64,000 nt of DNA, from NCBI GenBank assembly GCA_963839865.1, contig CAWIWS010000008.1, positions 60,301 through 124,300 of the forward strand, given 5' to 3'. Shown here piece after piece: positions 19,029 through 27,809 of the stretch; within the stretch, counting starts at the first letter, position 1; every line of letters begins with the position of its first letter. The translations under genes and the position numbers were made by a program. The stretch is from an uncultured Acidobacteriota bacterium (lineage in GTDB: Bacteria > Acidobacteriota > Vicinamibacteria > Vicinamibacterales > UBA2999). The notes under the pieces are model-generated. The model saw nothing but the letters and a program-made list of their open reading frames with translations. It was not told the DNA's origin and searched no databases.

Positions 19029-19744
19029 CCGTCCCGGCCTCCGGCAACCCGAAGACCCTCGTCGTCCTCCAGCCCGGCTACCTGCCATGGCTCGGCTTCT
19101 TCGACCAGATGCGGCGCGCGGACGTGTTCGCGTACTACGACGATGTCCAGTTCGACAAGCATGGGTGGCGCAACCGCAACCGGATCAAGACGCCGGCGGG
19201 CCCGTTGTGGCTCACCGTCCCGGTGCTCCACAGCGGCCAGGGCCAGCCGAAGATCCTCGACACCCTCATCGACACGCGGTCCAACTGGCAGCGCAAGCAC
19301 GTGGCCTCGCTGAAGCAGTACTATGCAAAGGCCCCGTATGCGATGCGCTACCTGCCGGAGATCGAGGAGATCTTGACCCGCCCCTGGACGCACCTGGCGG
19401 AGCTGGACATCGCGGTGTCCGGGCAGATGGCCGCGTGGCTGAAGCTGCCGGTCCCGACGATTCGCACGTCCACGCTGGGCATCGGCGGCGCGCAGTCGGA
19501 GCGGCTCATCGAACTGTGCCGCCATTTCGGCGCCACGCGGTACCTGAGCGGCGACGCGGCGAGCGATTACCTCGACGTGCCGCTCTTCGCCAGCCACGGC
19601 ATCGAGGTGGTCTGGCAGAATTATCAACACCCGGTCTACCCGCAGCAGCACGGGCCGTTCGTGCCGTACCTGTCGGCGATCGACCTGCTTCTCAACTGCG
19701 GCGACACCAGCGCAGAGATCCTCAAGGGCGGACCCACGGAATGA
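19025..19744 (+). CDS. WbqC-like family protein, copy 2
   Basis: ATG 19025 overlaps the upstream stop (ATGA). Contains LQPGYLPWLGFFDQM...YDDVQFDKHGWRNRNRIKT, the same signature as 5434-6129. Confidence 0.8.
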   Translation: MTVPASGNPKTLVVLQPGYLPWLGFFDQMRRADVFAYYDDVQFDKHGWRNRNRIKTPAGPLWLTVPVLHSGQGQPKILDTLIDTRSNWQRKHVASLKQYYAKAPYAMRYLPEIEEILTRPWTHLAELDIAVSGQMAAWLKLPVPTIRTSTLGIGGAQSERLIELCRHFGATRYLSGDAASDYLDVPLFASHGIEVVWQNYQHPVYPQQHGPFVPYLSAIDLLLNCGDTSAEILKGGPTE

Positions 19745-20778
19745 AGACACTCCTCGTGACGGGCGGCGCCGGCTTCATCGGCAGCAACTTCGTGCACCAC
19801 ATCTTCAACAAGTATCCGGACTACCGGATCCTGGTGCTCGACCTGCTGACGTACGCCGGCAGCGTCGACAACCTGCCCACCGACTTCCAGGACGCGCACA
19901 CCAGCGGGCGGATCGAGTTCTGGTACGGCGACGTGCGCAACGCGTCGCTCGTCGAGAACCTCATGCGCCGCGTCGACGTCGTGGTGCACTTCGCCGCCGA
20001 GACGCACGTCACGCGCTCCATCTTCGATAATTACCACTTCTTCGAGACCGACGTGCTGGGCACGCAGGTGATCTCGAACGCCGTGCTCCGGTGCGCCGAT
20101 CGCATCGAGCGGTTCGTGCACATCTCCACCTCGGAAGTCTACGGGACGGCGGAAACGCCGTTGATGAACGAGGAGCACCCGCTCAAGCCGCTCAGCCCCT
20201 ACGCGAGCGCGAAGTGTGGCGCCGATCGCCTCGTCTACTCCTACTGGGCGACGTACCACCTGCCCGCCGTGATCGTCAGGCCGTTCAACAACTTCGGCCC
20301 CCGCCAGCACCTCGAGAAGGCCGTGCCGCGGTTCATCACCAGTTGCCTGCTCGACGAACCGCTCCGTCTCCACGGACAAGGCGTGGCGCAGCGGGACTGG
20401 GTCTTCGTGGAAGACACTTGCGACGCCATCGATCGGATCGTCCACGCGCCGAGGGAAACTGTCGTGGGGGAAGTGATCAACATCGGCACCGACGACAGCC
20501 TCAGCGTCGCCGACGTCGCGCACCACATCGTCCGGCTGATGGACAAGCCCGAGTCGCTGATCACGTACGTGGGCGAGCGGCCGGGACAGGTGTTCCGCCA
20601 CACCGCCGACGCCGCCAAGGCGCGACGGGTCCTCGGGTGGAAGCCGAGCGTGACGTTCGAGCAGGGCCTCGAGAAGACCATCGAGTGGTACCGCACGCAT
20701 CGCAGCGTGTGGGAGAAGCAGCTCTGGATGCGCGAGATTCCCATTGTCACCGGGTCCGGGAAGGCCGAACTCCATTAG
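19741..20778 (+). CDS. rfbB: dTDP-glucose 4,6-dehydratase
   Basis: ATG 19741 overlaps the upstream stop. Motifs: TGGAGFIGSNF, LDLLTYAG, HFAAETHVTRS, STSEVYG, YASAKCGADRL (YxxxK), RPFNNFGPRQ..EK..P.F. 345 aa. Confidence 0.9.
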   Translation: MKTLLVTGGAGFIGSNFVHHIFNKYPDYRILVLDLLTYAGSVDNLPTDFQDAHTSGRIEFWYGDVRNASLVENLMRRVDVVVHFAAETHVTRSIFDNYHFFETDVLGTQVISNAVLRCADRIERFVHISTSEVYGTAETPLMNEEHPLKPLSPYASAKCGADRLVYSYWATYHLPAVIVRPFNNFGPRQHLEKAVPRFITSCLLDEPLRLHGQGVAQRDWVFVEDTCDAIDRIVHAPRETVVGEVINIGTDDSLSVADVAHHIVRLMDKPESLITYVGERPGQVFRHTADAAKARRVLGWKPSVTFEQGLEKTIEWYRTHRSVWEKQLWMREIPIVTGSGKAELH

Positions 20779-23326
20779 CCCGATTCGCCGCTGGGGGATT
20801 GAAGGTGCGCTTGCGGCCGTCCTCTTCGTGGCGGCGTACGCCATGGCCGCGTGGTACGTGCCGCACTTCGTGGCCGCGGGCGGCAAGCCCTGGTTCTACC
20901 AGCAGGAGTTCGGCCCCGCGGTGATGGAGGCGTGCGGGCTCGGGTACGTGAACCCCGACGCCTCGGCGCGGCCCGCGCTCACGGCTTTTCTCGATCGCAG
21001 GGCCGACGAGGTGTCGTGCGGCGAGGTCCAGGCGGTCGCCACGCGCCCATTGACCTCGATGCAGCGCGCGTTCCGCTACCTGATCATGACGGTCGGCGAA
21101 ACGTGGCGGGTTCGCGGACACGTCGCCTGGAGCGCGCTGACCCCGCTCTACGGATTCCTGTACGGGCTGACCATCGTCCTGGCCTTCGCGATCTTCCGGC
21201 AGGGAATGGGGCGGACGCTGTCGGGCCTGGCGGCGACGGCGCTGATTGTCTCGACACTGCACCTTCACAACATCCCGCACCTGCGCGACTACGCGAAGGC
21301 GCCTTTCGTGCTGGCGCTGATCCTCCTGGCCGTTCGCCTCGTGCGGACCGAGGTGACGCTCTGGCGCACGCTGCTGCTCGCCGTGGTGGCGGGCGTCCTG
21401 ACGGGCGTGGGCATCGGTTTCCGCAACGACTTGCTCGTGGCCATCCCCGCGTTCGTCGGCGTGCTCGCGGTCTTCCTTCCCCTGGGCCTTCGCGAGGGGA
21501 TCGCGCTGCGGGCCGGTGCCATTGCGATCTACCTCGTGGCCGTCTACGCGGCGATGTGGCCGATGTCCTCCGTGTACCAGACCGGGGGCGGCAGCTCGAC
21601 GCAGCACCTCGTGCTCCTGGGTCTCACGCCGGCGTTCAGCGCTGATCTGGGCGTGGACAACAGCCATCTCTACGAGATGGGCTTCGAGTACCGCGATGAG
21701 CTCGCGCTCGCGATGATCGACAACTACGCGGATCGGAGGCTCGGGCAGCACCGCTTCCTGGCGATGTACGGCGCCGACTACGACCGCACGGCGAGCGGCC
21801 TGCTTCGCGAGGTGGCCACGAACTTCCCGGCGGACCTGCTGACGCGCGTGTATGCCTCGGCCGTGCGAATCACCGAGCTGCCGCACTCGACGACGACGGC
21901 GGCGCTGGTGGTGCCGGAGTTCCTGCCGAACGCGGCGCAGAGCCTGCTACGGATCAAGGCCGATGGGCTGCGGCAGTTCGGCAGGCTCTGGCCGTGGCCG
22001 CTGGTCATCACGCTGACCGCACTGAGCGTGTGGAACCTTCGCATCGGACTCTTCGCCGGGCTCTTCGTCCTGTATCTCGCCGGCTATCCCGCCCTGCAAT
22101 TCCAGGAACGGCACTTCTTCCACCTCGAGTTCGTCGGCTGGTGGGCGCTTGGCTTCTGCCTGATGCTGGCGGGGCGCACGGCCGGTGCCGTGGTGAAGCG
22201 CGAATGGCGGGCCGAGTGGATCAAGGCCGCCACGCCGAAGGTGGGTTGGGTGCGCGCCACCGGGTTGGCGCTGGCCATGTGGGCCGTCCTCGCGGTGGTC
22301 ATCGTCGGCCCCTTGTGGCTGCTGCGCCGATACCAGGAAGGGCACGTGCGCGCGCTCCTCGGCACGATCGACTCGGCCCCGAGGACCGCGCTGGACCTGG
22401 CGCCCGTTACGTTGCCGAATGGGGACGTCCGGTTCGAGAGCGCGGCGCTTCAGCGCGACCTGCCCGCCGACGGCGGCGTGCACGCGGCCTACGTGGTGGC
22501 CTACGTCGGCGGTGCGCGTTGCGACACGATGAACCTCCGCGTTACGGAGCGCTACCGCGCAATGACGGCGGCGTACGATTTCAGTCACGGCGTGGACGTG
22601 GCCGTGCCGCTCTCCGACGTTCCGGTGGCCCTCTATTTCCCGGCCTACTTCAGGAACCCTGGATCGACCAGCCCGGGTGACGAGCCCTTTGGGTTCGCGG
22701 GCCTGGAGTTGCCGGGCGCACACGCATCGTGCCTCGTCCGCGTCTCGAGACTGAACGAGATCTCGTCGCTACCGACCCTGCTCGACCTGCGCCTGCGACC
22801 AGGATGGGAGCGCGTGACGCCCTACGCGACGATCAGCGGCGTGGAGGGGCGGCAGAATCCCGCCGAGGTCTACACCTTCCCCACGGACCTGGCGCGCAGC
22901 GAGGTGAAGAAGAGCCTGGCCGCCACGCCCACGGGATTCGTCCCGTCGGACATCTCCAAGGTATCGCCGACCTTCCAGATGGACGGCCTCGCGTGGAGCG
23001 CGCGCGGAGTCGGGGGAGTCGGCGGGCGCGGCCCGCTCCTGTATCTCGTCGAGATGAGGCCGCGTCGCCTCCTCAAGGGGACGACGTTCATCGCGGAAGG
23101 CACGATCGAGAAGGGCGGCGTCACGTTCGGCATGGTGAGCCACGACGAATGGGTCGTGCAGCTTCACGTCGTGCAGACCGGCGACTTCTCCGTGGTCATC
23201 AAGGTCCCCGAGGACGGCGACTACAAGGTCGTCATGGCCAACAACCTTCGCGGCATGTCACTGGAGAACCGCGTCGTCGTCTCGCGCGCGGGGCTCATCG
23301 AGCCGCAGGCGGAGGCCGCCAAGTGA
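20744..23326 (+). CDS. Large polytopic membrane protein, family copy P3 (intact, up to 860 aa)
   Basis: Single uninterrupted ORF. Motifs: FGPAVMEACGLGY, HLHNIPHLRDYAKAPF, GYPALQFQERHFFHLEFVGWW, Cys pair ARCD...ASCLVRVSRL, and the C-terminal module EGTIEKGGVTFGMV...W...DYKVVMANN. Start uncertain: TTG 20744 overlaps rfbB by 35 nt, and the alternatives GTG/ATG lie near 20828-20843. Confidence 0.8.
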   Translation: MSPGPGRPNSISPIRRWGIEGALAAVLFVAAYAMAAWYVPHFVAAGGKPWFYQQEFGPAVMEACGLGYVNPDASARPALTAFLDRRADEVSCGEVQAVATRPLTSMQRAFRYLIMTVGETWRVRGHVAWSALTPLYGFLYGLTIVLAFAIFRQGMGRTLSGLAATALIVSTLHLHNIPHLRDYAKAPFVLALILLAVRLVRTEVTLWRTLLLAVVAGVLTGVGIGFRNDLLVAIPAFVGVLAVFLPLGLREGIALRAGAIAIYLVAVYAAMWPMSSVYQTGGGSSTQHLVLLGLTPAFSADLGVDNSHLYEMGFEYRDELALAMIDNYADRRLGQHRFLAMYGADYDRTASGLLREVATNFPADLLTRVYASAVRITELPHSTTTAALVVPEFLPNAAQSLLRIKADGLRQFGRLWPWPLVITLTALSVWNLRIGLFAGLFVLYLAGYPALQFQERHFFHLEFVGWWALGFCLMLAGRTAGAVVKREWRAEWIKAATPKVGWVRATGLALAMWAVLAVVIVGPLWLLRRYQEGHVRALLGTIDSAPRTALDLAPVTLPNGDVRFESAALQRDLPADGGVHAAYVVAYVGGARCDTMNLRVTERYRAMTAAYDFSHGVDVAVPLSDVPVALYFPAYFRNPGSTSPGDEPFGFAGLELPGAHASCLVRVSRLNEISSLPTLLDLRLRPGWERVTPYATISGVEGRQNPAEVYTFPTDLARSEVKKSLAATPTGFVPSDISKVSPTFQMDGLAWSARGVGGVGGRGPLLYLVEMRPRRLLKGTTFIAEGTIEKGGVTFGMVSHDEWVVQLHVVQTGDFSVVIKVPEDGDYKVVMANNLRGMSLENRVVVSRAGLIEPQAEAAK

Positions 23327-23332
23327 GGACGC

Positions 23333-24652
23333 ATGGCAGACGCTGAAGCCCGGGTACTGGCGGCCATCGACCGGCTGGAGCCCGCGTATCGCGCGCTGCT
23401 GCAATCGCTGGTGCGGACGCCGAGTCCCGTGGGCGAGGAAGGCGCGGCCCAGGCGATCGTGGCCGGGCACATGCGCGACATCGGGCTCGAGGTGGACAGC
23501 TTCGACGTTGATCCCGCGACGCTCGCGAGCGACGAGACGTTCAACCCTTCGCCCCGCCACTACGCCGGCCGGCCGTGCGTCGTCGGGAAACGGAAGGGCA
23601 GCGGTGGGGGACGCTCGCTGGTCCTCAACGCTCACATCGACACGGTGCCGGTCGACGCGCCGGACGCGTGGACGTTCCCGCCCTACGGCGGCGTCGTCGA
23701 CGGCGGACGGCTCTATGGCCGCGGCGCCTGCGACGACAAGGCCGGTGTCGTCGAGTGCCTGCTTGTGGCGCACGCGTTCCGCGAGGCCGGCATCGAGTTG
23801 GCCGGCGACCTCACCGTGACGAGCGTGATCGAAGACGAATCCACCGGCAACGGATCGCTGGCGGCCGTCCATCGCGGCTACACAGGCGAAGGCGTCATTA
23901 TCGTGGACGGCACCTGGCCGGAGCGCTATATCGTGTCGCACATGGGACACGTGTCGTTCCAGATCAGGCTTGGCGGGGTGGCCGGTCATGCGACGTCGCC
24001 GGGGCCCAATCCGATCGCTGCCGTTGGTCCCGTGGTCGCCGCACTGCAGGCGTTCGTGGCGACGCGAAATGCCGCGCATGCGCAACCCTGGGGTCCCCAC
24101 GAGCGTCCGCACTTCATCAACCTCGGCATGGTCCGGGGTGGCGTGTGGCCGGGCTCGGTGCCTGCCGACTGCGTCATCGAAGGGCAGTTCGGGTTCCCCC
24201 CGCCCGAGACCTGCGCGGGAGCGAAGGACGCGCTGCGCCAGGTCCTGCGTGAACTGGCGCAGTCACCCGGATGGCCGCTCGCGGATCCGGCGACGATCAT
24301 GTTCGTCGGCCTGGAGACGCCACCAGAGCAGGGCGATCCGCACAACCCGATCGCGCAACTCCTTGTGGACACGGTGACCCGGCGTCACGGCGCCGTGCTG
24401 AAGGAAAGCGTGATCGTCGGCCACTGCGATCTGCGTCATTACACGCGCGCGCGATTGGGGGCGACGTCTGCCGCGTGCCTGTATGGGCCCGGCGGTGGAC
24501 GCAATGTCCATGGCGCCGACGAGTATTTCGAACTCGCGCACTTGCCGCTCGTGGCCGGCAATCTCGCGTGCGTCGCCCTGCAATGGTGTGGCCTCGATGT
24601 GGCGTCCGGCTTTAGCCGGGCCAGTGACAACGAAGGTGGTGTCCGGCTTTAG
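23333..24652 (+). CDS. M20-family metallo-hydrolase (ArgE/DapE/CPG2-like deacylase)
   Basis: 439 aa. Motifs: NAHIDTVP, GRGACDDKAG, EDESTGNGS. The last ~16 codons and the stop are contributed by the hairpin-repeat element at 24604-24658. Confidence 0.75.
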   Translation: MADAEARVLAAIDRLEPAYRALLQSLVRTPSPVGEEGAAQAIVAGHMRDIGLEVDSFDVDPATLASDETFNPSPRHYAGRPCVVGKRKGSGGGRSLVLNAHIDTVPVDAPDAWTFPPYGGVVDGGRLYGRGACDDKAGVVECLLVAHAFREAGIELAGDLTVTSVIEDESTGNGSLAAVHRGYTGEGVIIVDGTWPERYIVSHMGHVSFQIRLGGVAGHATSPGPNPIAAVGPVVAALQAFVATRNAAHAQPWGPHERPHFINLGMVRGGVWPGSVPADCVIEGQFGFPPPETCAGAKDALRQVLRELAQSPGWPLADPATIMFVGLETPPEQGDPHNPIAQLLVDTVTRRHGAVLKESVIVGHCDLRHYTRARLGATSAACLYGPGGGRNVHGADEYFELAHLPLVAGNLACVALQWCGLDVASGFSRASDNEGGVRL

Positions 24653-24658
24653 CCGGAC
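24604..24658. repeat. Pair of short palindromic hairpin units, GTCCGGCTTTAGCCGG(g/A)C, 37 nt apart
   Basis: 24604-24620 gtccggctttagccggg (imperfect). 24641-24658 gtccggctttagccggac (perfect 8-bp stem, 2-nt loop). The same unit (loop TC instead of TT) recurs twice at 57589-57635. Confidence 0.85.
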
Positions 24659-24665
24659 CATCCAT

Positions 24666-25475
24666 ATGACTCCCGAGTCTCTTCTCGACACCCTCGGCGT
24701 CCCCCGTGGGCGCATGATCTACGTCCAGTCGTCGGTGGACTGGATCCAGCGCGCGGGCCTTCGCGCGCCCGAGATGCTCGCCGCTCTGCTCGACTGGACC
24801 GGCGCCGCCGGCACGCTGGTGATGCCAAGTTACCCGTTCCACTCGACGCACCAGGAGTACCTGGCCACGGGACCGGTGTTCGATGTCCGCCGGACGCCCG
24901 CGGGCATCGGCCTGATGCCCGAGATGTTTCGCCGGACGGCGGGTGTGGTCCGAAGCCTCGACCCGGACTTCTGCGTGTGCGCGCGCGGCGCGGAGGCCGA
25001 GGCTATCGTGGGCGTCGCGCCTGCCGAACCGGATCCCTTCGGCCCGGACTCGAGCTACCAGCGGATGCTCGATTGCCGCACGACGCTGGTGGGCCTCGGC
25101 GTGAGCCTGAATACGAACTCCTTCATCCACGCGATCGACTCACGGGCCGGCGTGCGGTATCCCGCGGCGGTCTACGACGACCGCGTGTACGCTACAACGG
25201 TGATCGATGGGCAGGGTGTCTCCCGCGTGGTCCGGCGCATGTGCCTGCGGCCGCCGTTTCAGCAACTGACGAGCCCTTCGGCGATCGGCGACGCGATGCA
25301 GCCCGATGCGGGCGTGTTCACCACGCTCGAGATCGACGGCGCGCGGTTCTTCAAGTGGGACCTCAGGGCGTGGTCGGCGTGGTGCCTCGCGCACGCGGCC
25401 ACCCGGGCCGAGCGGGGCGAGTGGCCCTGCTGGCTCACGCGGCTCGCGACCGCATTTCCGGCCCGCGCTTCATGA
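24666..25475 (+). CDS. AAC(3)-family (Antibiotic_NAT fold) N-acetyltransferase-like protein
   Basis: 269 aa. Motifs: MIYVQSSVDWI, GAAGTLVMPSYPF, GLMPE.FRR, and a G.S...NSF.H..D-type layout, all reminiscent of aminoglycoside 3-N-acetyltransferases. ATG 24666 is chosen because the upstream part of ORF 24483 overlaps the M20 gene. Confidence 0.65.
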   Translation: MTPESLLDTLGVPRGRMIYVQSSVDWIQRAGLRAPEMLAALLDWTGAAGTLVMPSYPFHSTHQEYLATGPVFDVRRTPAGIGLMPEMFRRTAGVVRSLDPDFCVCARGAEAEAIVGVAPAEPDPFGPDSSYQRMLDCRTTLVGLGVSLNTNSFIHAIDSRAGVRYPAAVYDDRVYATTVIDGQGVSRVVRRMCLRPPFQQLTSPSAIGDAMQPDAGVFTTLEIDGARFFKWDLRAWSAWCLAHAATRAERGEWPCWLTRLATAFPARAS

Positions 25476-26266
25476 CCGACACGCCGCCCGAGACGCCGTT
25501 CCGCCCCAGCCTCTCGATGCTCGGCTGGGCGCTCAACGAGGAAGAAAACGTCACGGAGTACGTCCGCCGCGCGCAAGCCTTCCTCGCCAGCGTGTCGGAC
25601 GACTACGAGCTGATCCTAATCGACGACGGGAGCACCGATCGGACGTGGGCGATCATGATTGAGCTGGCCGCGAACCGGCCCTGGCTGACGCCGCTCAAGA
25701 ACGAACGCAACCGCGGCCCCGGGTACTGCTACCGTCGCGGCATCGGCGCCGCCACGAAGGACTACTTCATGGCGCAGACGGTGGACTGGGCGTACGACAT
25801 CGACGCCTTCAAGCCGTTCTTCGGCGAGCTGCGGCGGCACGACATCCTCCAGGGCGTGCGCCCGGGCGAGTTCGACCTGGGCACGATCCGGCGGCGCTCC
25901 GACAGCCTCTACAAGGGCATCGTGTCGCTGACCAACTACGCGCTGATCCGCATCCTGTTCCAGTTGCCCTTCGACGATTTCCAGAACGTGACGATTTGCC
26001 CGACCCGGCTCGCGCAGCCGCTGCGCCTCGAGTCCGAAGGGTCGTTCACGAACCCCGAAGTGATGATGAAGTTGTACTGGGGCGGGGCGTCGTTCCTGCA
26101 GGTGCCCGTGTTGTTCCAGAAGCGCGGCCGCGGCAAGGGCACGGGCACGCGCGCCGGGGCGATCGCCCGGTCGATCGGCGACATCCTCTCCAGTTGGTTC
26201 CGCTGGGTCGTGCTGGGCCGGTATGCGAACCGGCGCCACGGCACCGTGCGGTCGCGATATCCATGA
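25472..26266 (+). CDS. GT2-family glycosyltransferase (short, 264 aa)
   Basis: ATG 25472 overlaps the upstream stop. Motifs: LSMLGWALNEEENV, YELILIDDGSTDRT, N.G.G, Q.VDW..D. Confidence 0.75.
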   Translation: MTDTPPETPFRPSLSMLGWALNEEENVTEYVRRAQAFLASVSDDYELILIDDGSTDRTWAIMIELAANRPWLTPLKNERNRGPGYCYRRGIGAATKDYFMAQTVDWAYDIDAFKPFFGELRRHDILQGVRPGEFDLGTIRRRSDSLYKGIVSLTNYALIRILFQLPFDDFQNVTICPTRLAQPLRLESEGSFTNPEVMMKLYWGGASFLQVPVLFQKRGRGKGTGTRAGAIARSIGDILSSWFRWVVLGRYANRRHGTVRSRYP

Positions 26267-27809
26267 GCGCGCCACGGCGGTGACGGCCCGCCTTTCACAA
26301 TGGGTCCGGTACGGACTGCTGTGGCACCGGCCGGTCGCCTTTCGATGGTCGGTGGCCGCCACGGCGGTGTTGCTCGCGGCGTCGCTCGCGACCTCCCGAG
26401 CGGCGTGGTCGATGGATGGCGCCTCACTCTCCGACGGCCACGCCATCGTCTCGCTGGACCTCGCGACGGCCCGCGCGTTCTGCGGGGCCGGATCGTCGTT
26501 TTCGCGAACCGTCCGGATCCCGATGGATCTCGGCGCGCGGATGGAACGACGGCACGTGCCGCTCCGTGCCTTGATCGCGGAGAAAGCCGGATCGCTCGAA
26601 GCGTACTGCCGGTCGATCGACCAGCCGTTCGTGAATAGCGAGAACTCGCTGATGCTCGTGGAGGCCGCGATCCTCTCCCTGAATCCGAACCTTTCCCTCT
26701 CACAGCTAGGGCAGGTCCTGCACCTGATCAAGATCGCCTGCCTCGCGGCGTTCGTGCTGTTACTGATGGATCTGGGGAGCAGCCTGGTCCTCGGCCTCGC
26801 GACCTTGCTGTGCGGCCTGATGCTGCTGCAGTCGATGCCGGACCACGTGTACTCGAACTACCCGTTCTTCTTCGCGCTCGTGCTCGTGTCGTTGGCGCTG
26901 CACGGGTTCGCGATCAAGTACCGGTGGACGCGCGGGCCCGTGGGCCTCGTGGCGTACGGCGTCGTGGCCGGCGTGCTGTCCGCCTTCGTCGCGAACATGC
27001 GCTCCAGCTACCTCCCGGTGGTTGCGCTCTTCTTCGCGTGTGCGCTCGTCGAAGAGCTCCGCGCCCGGGGGCGCGTCATCGCCTGGAGCGGGCGGGCGCT
27101 GCGGGCGGTGGCGCTCGCGACCTGTTTCATCGCGGGTTTCGTGGCGTTCCAGCAGGGCCTCATCACGAGTCGCCTGCCAGAGGAGGGCCGCTTCAACGCG
27201 GCGCATCCTTTCGGGCACCCGCTGGTGCTCGCGCTCGGCGTGCCGGAGAACGACTTCAGCCGGGCCCAGGGCATCCGCTGGGCGGACGAAGTTGGGCCGC
27301 GGATCGCGGACCGCGTGGACCCCGGCGTGCCGTTCCTCGGGCCGCGTTACAACGCGGCGCTGCTGCGCTACTACACGTCCCTCTGGCGGTCGCACACCCG
27401 CGAGATGATCGGCGTCTATTACCTGAAGTTCTCGGTGTCGGGCGCGGACATGCTGCGCGTGTTGCGCGGGTCGCCCGGTCTGGTGGGCCTGGGGGTCAGC
27501 GTGCTACTGGCGCCGCTTGGCTTGCTGCCGTCTGGTGTGTGGCTGCTCGGCCTTTACGTTGCGATCACCCTCGGCGCCTTCGCGTTCTATTACCGGCGCG
27601 ACGAGCCGGCGGCGCTTTCGCTGGCGCTGCTCAGCCTGGCGGCGTGCCTCATGCAGGTCGAGTCGGGGCTCATCTTCTCGGTGTTCGTGAAGCAGTACCA
27701 CAACTACTCGGCTTTCTACGCGCTGTTCCTGTCACTGCTCGGCGTGCAGGCGGCGGGCAATGCGGTGTGGGCCTGGCTGGGCCCGCGGGGAGCGGCTATT
27801 GGCAGCTAG
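26223..27809 (+). CDS. Polytopic membrane protein, unknown function (about 10 or more predicted helices)
   Basis: Long ORF with many hydrophobic segments (LIKIACLAAFVLLLMDLGSSLVLGLATLLCGLMLL, etc.). Start uncertain: ATG 26223 overlaps the GT2 by 44 nt, while GTG 26280 is 14 nt past its stop. Confidence 0.6.
   Translation: MRTGATAPCGRDIHERATAVTARLSQWVRYGLLWHRPVAFRWSVAATAVLLAASLATSRAAWSMDGASLSDGHAIVSLDLATARAFCGAGSSFSRTVRIPMDLGARMERRHVPLRALIAEKAGSLEAYCRSIDQPFVNSENSLMLVEAAILSLNPNLSLSQLGQVLHLIKIACLAAFVLLLMDLGSSLVLGLATLLCGLMLLQSMPDHVYSNYPFFFALVLVSLALHGFAIKYRWTRGPVGLVAYGVVAGVLSAFVANMRSSYLPVVALFFACALVEELRARGRVIAWSGRALRAVALATCFIAGFVAFQQGLITSRLPEEGRFNAAHPFGHPLVLALGVPENDFSRAQGIRWADEVGPRIADRVDPGVPFLGPRYNAALLRYYTSLWRSHTREMIGVYYLKFSVSGADMLRVLRGSPGLVGLGVSVLLAPLGLLPSGVWLLGLYVAITLGAFAFYYRRDEPAALSLALLSLAACLMQVESGLIFSVFVKQYHNYSAFYALFLSLLGVQAAGNAVWAWLGPRGAAIGS

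Noticed and set aside
24604-24658. The hairpin pair after the M20 gene as a Rho-independent terminator
   Set aside because: No T-tract follows either stem, and the next gene starts 8 nt after the second hairpin. The same unit also occurs in frame inside a CDS at 57589-57635. It is better treated as a dispersed palindromic element.
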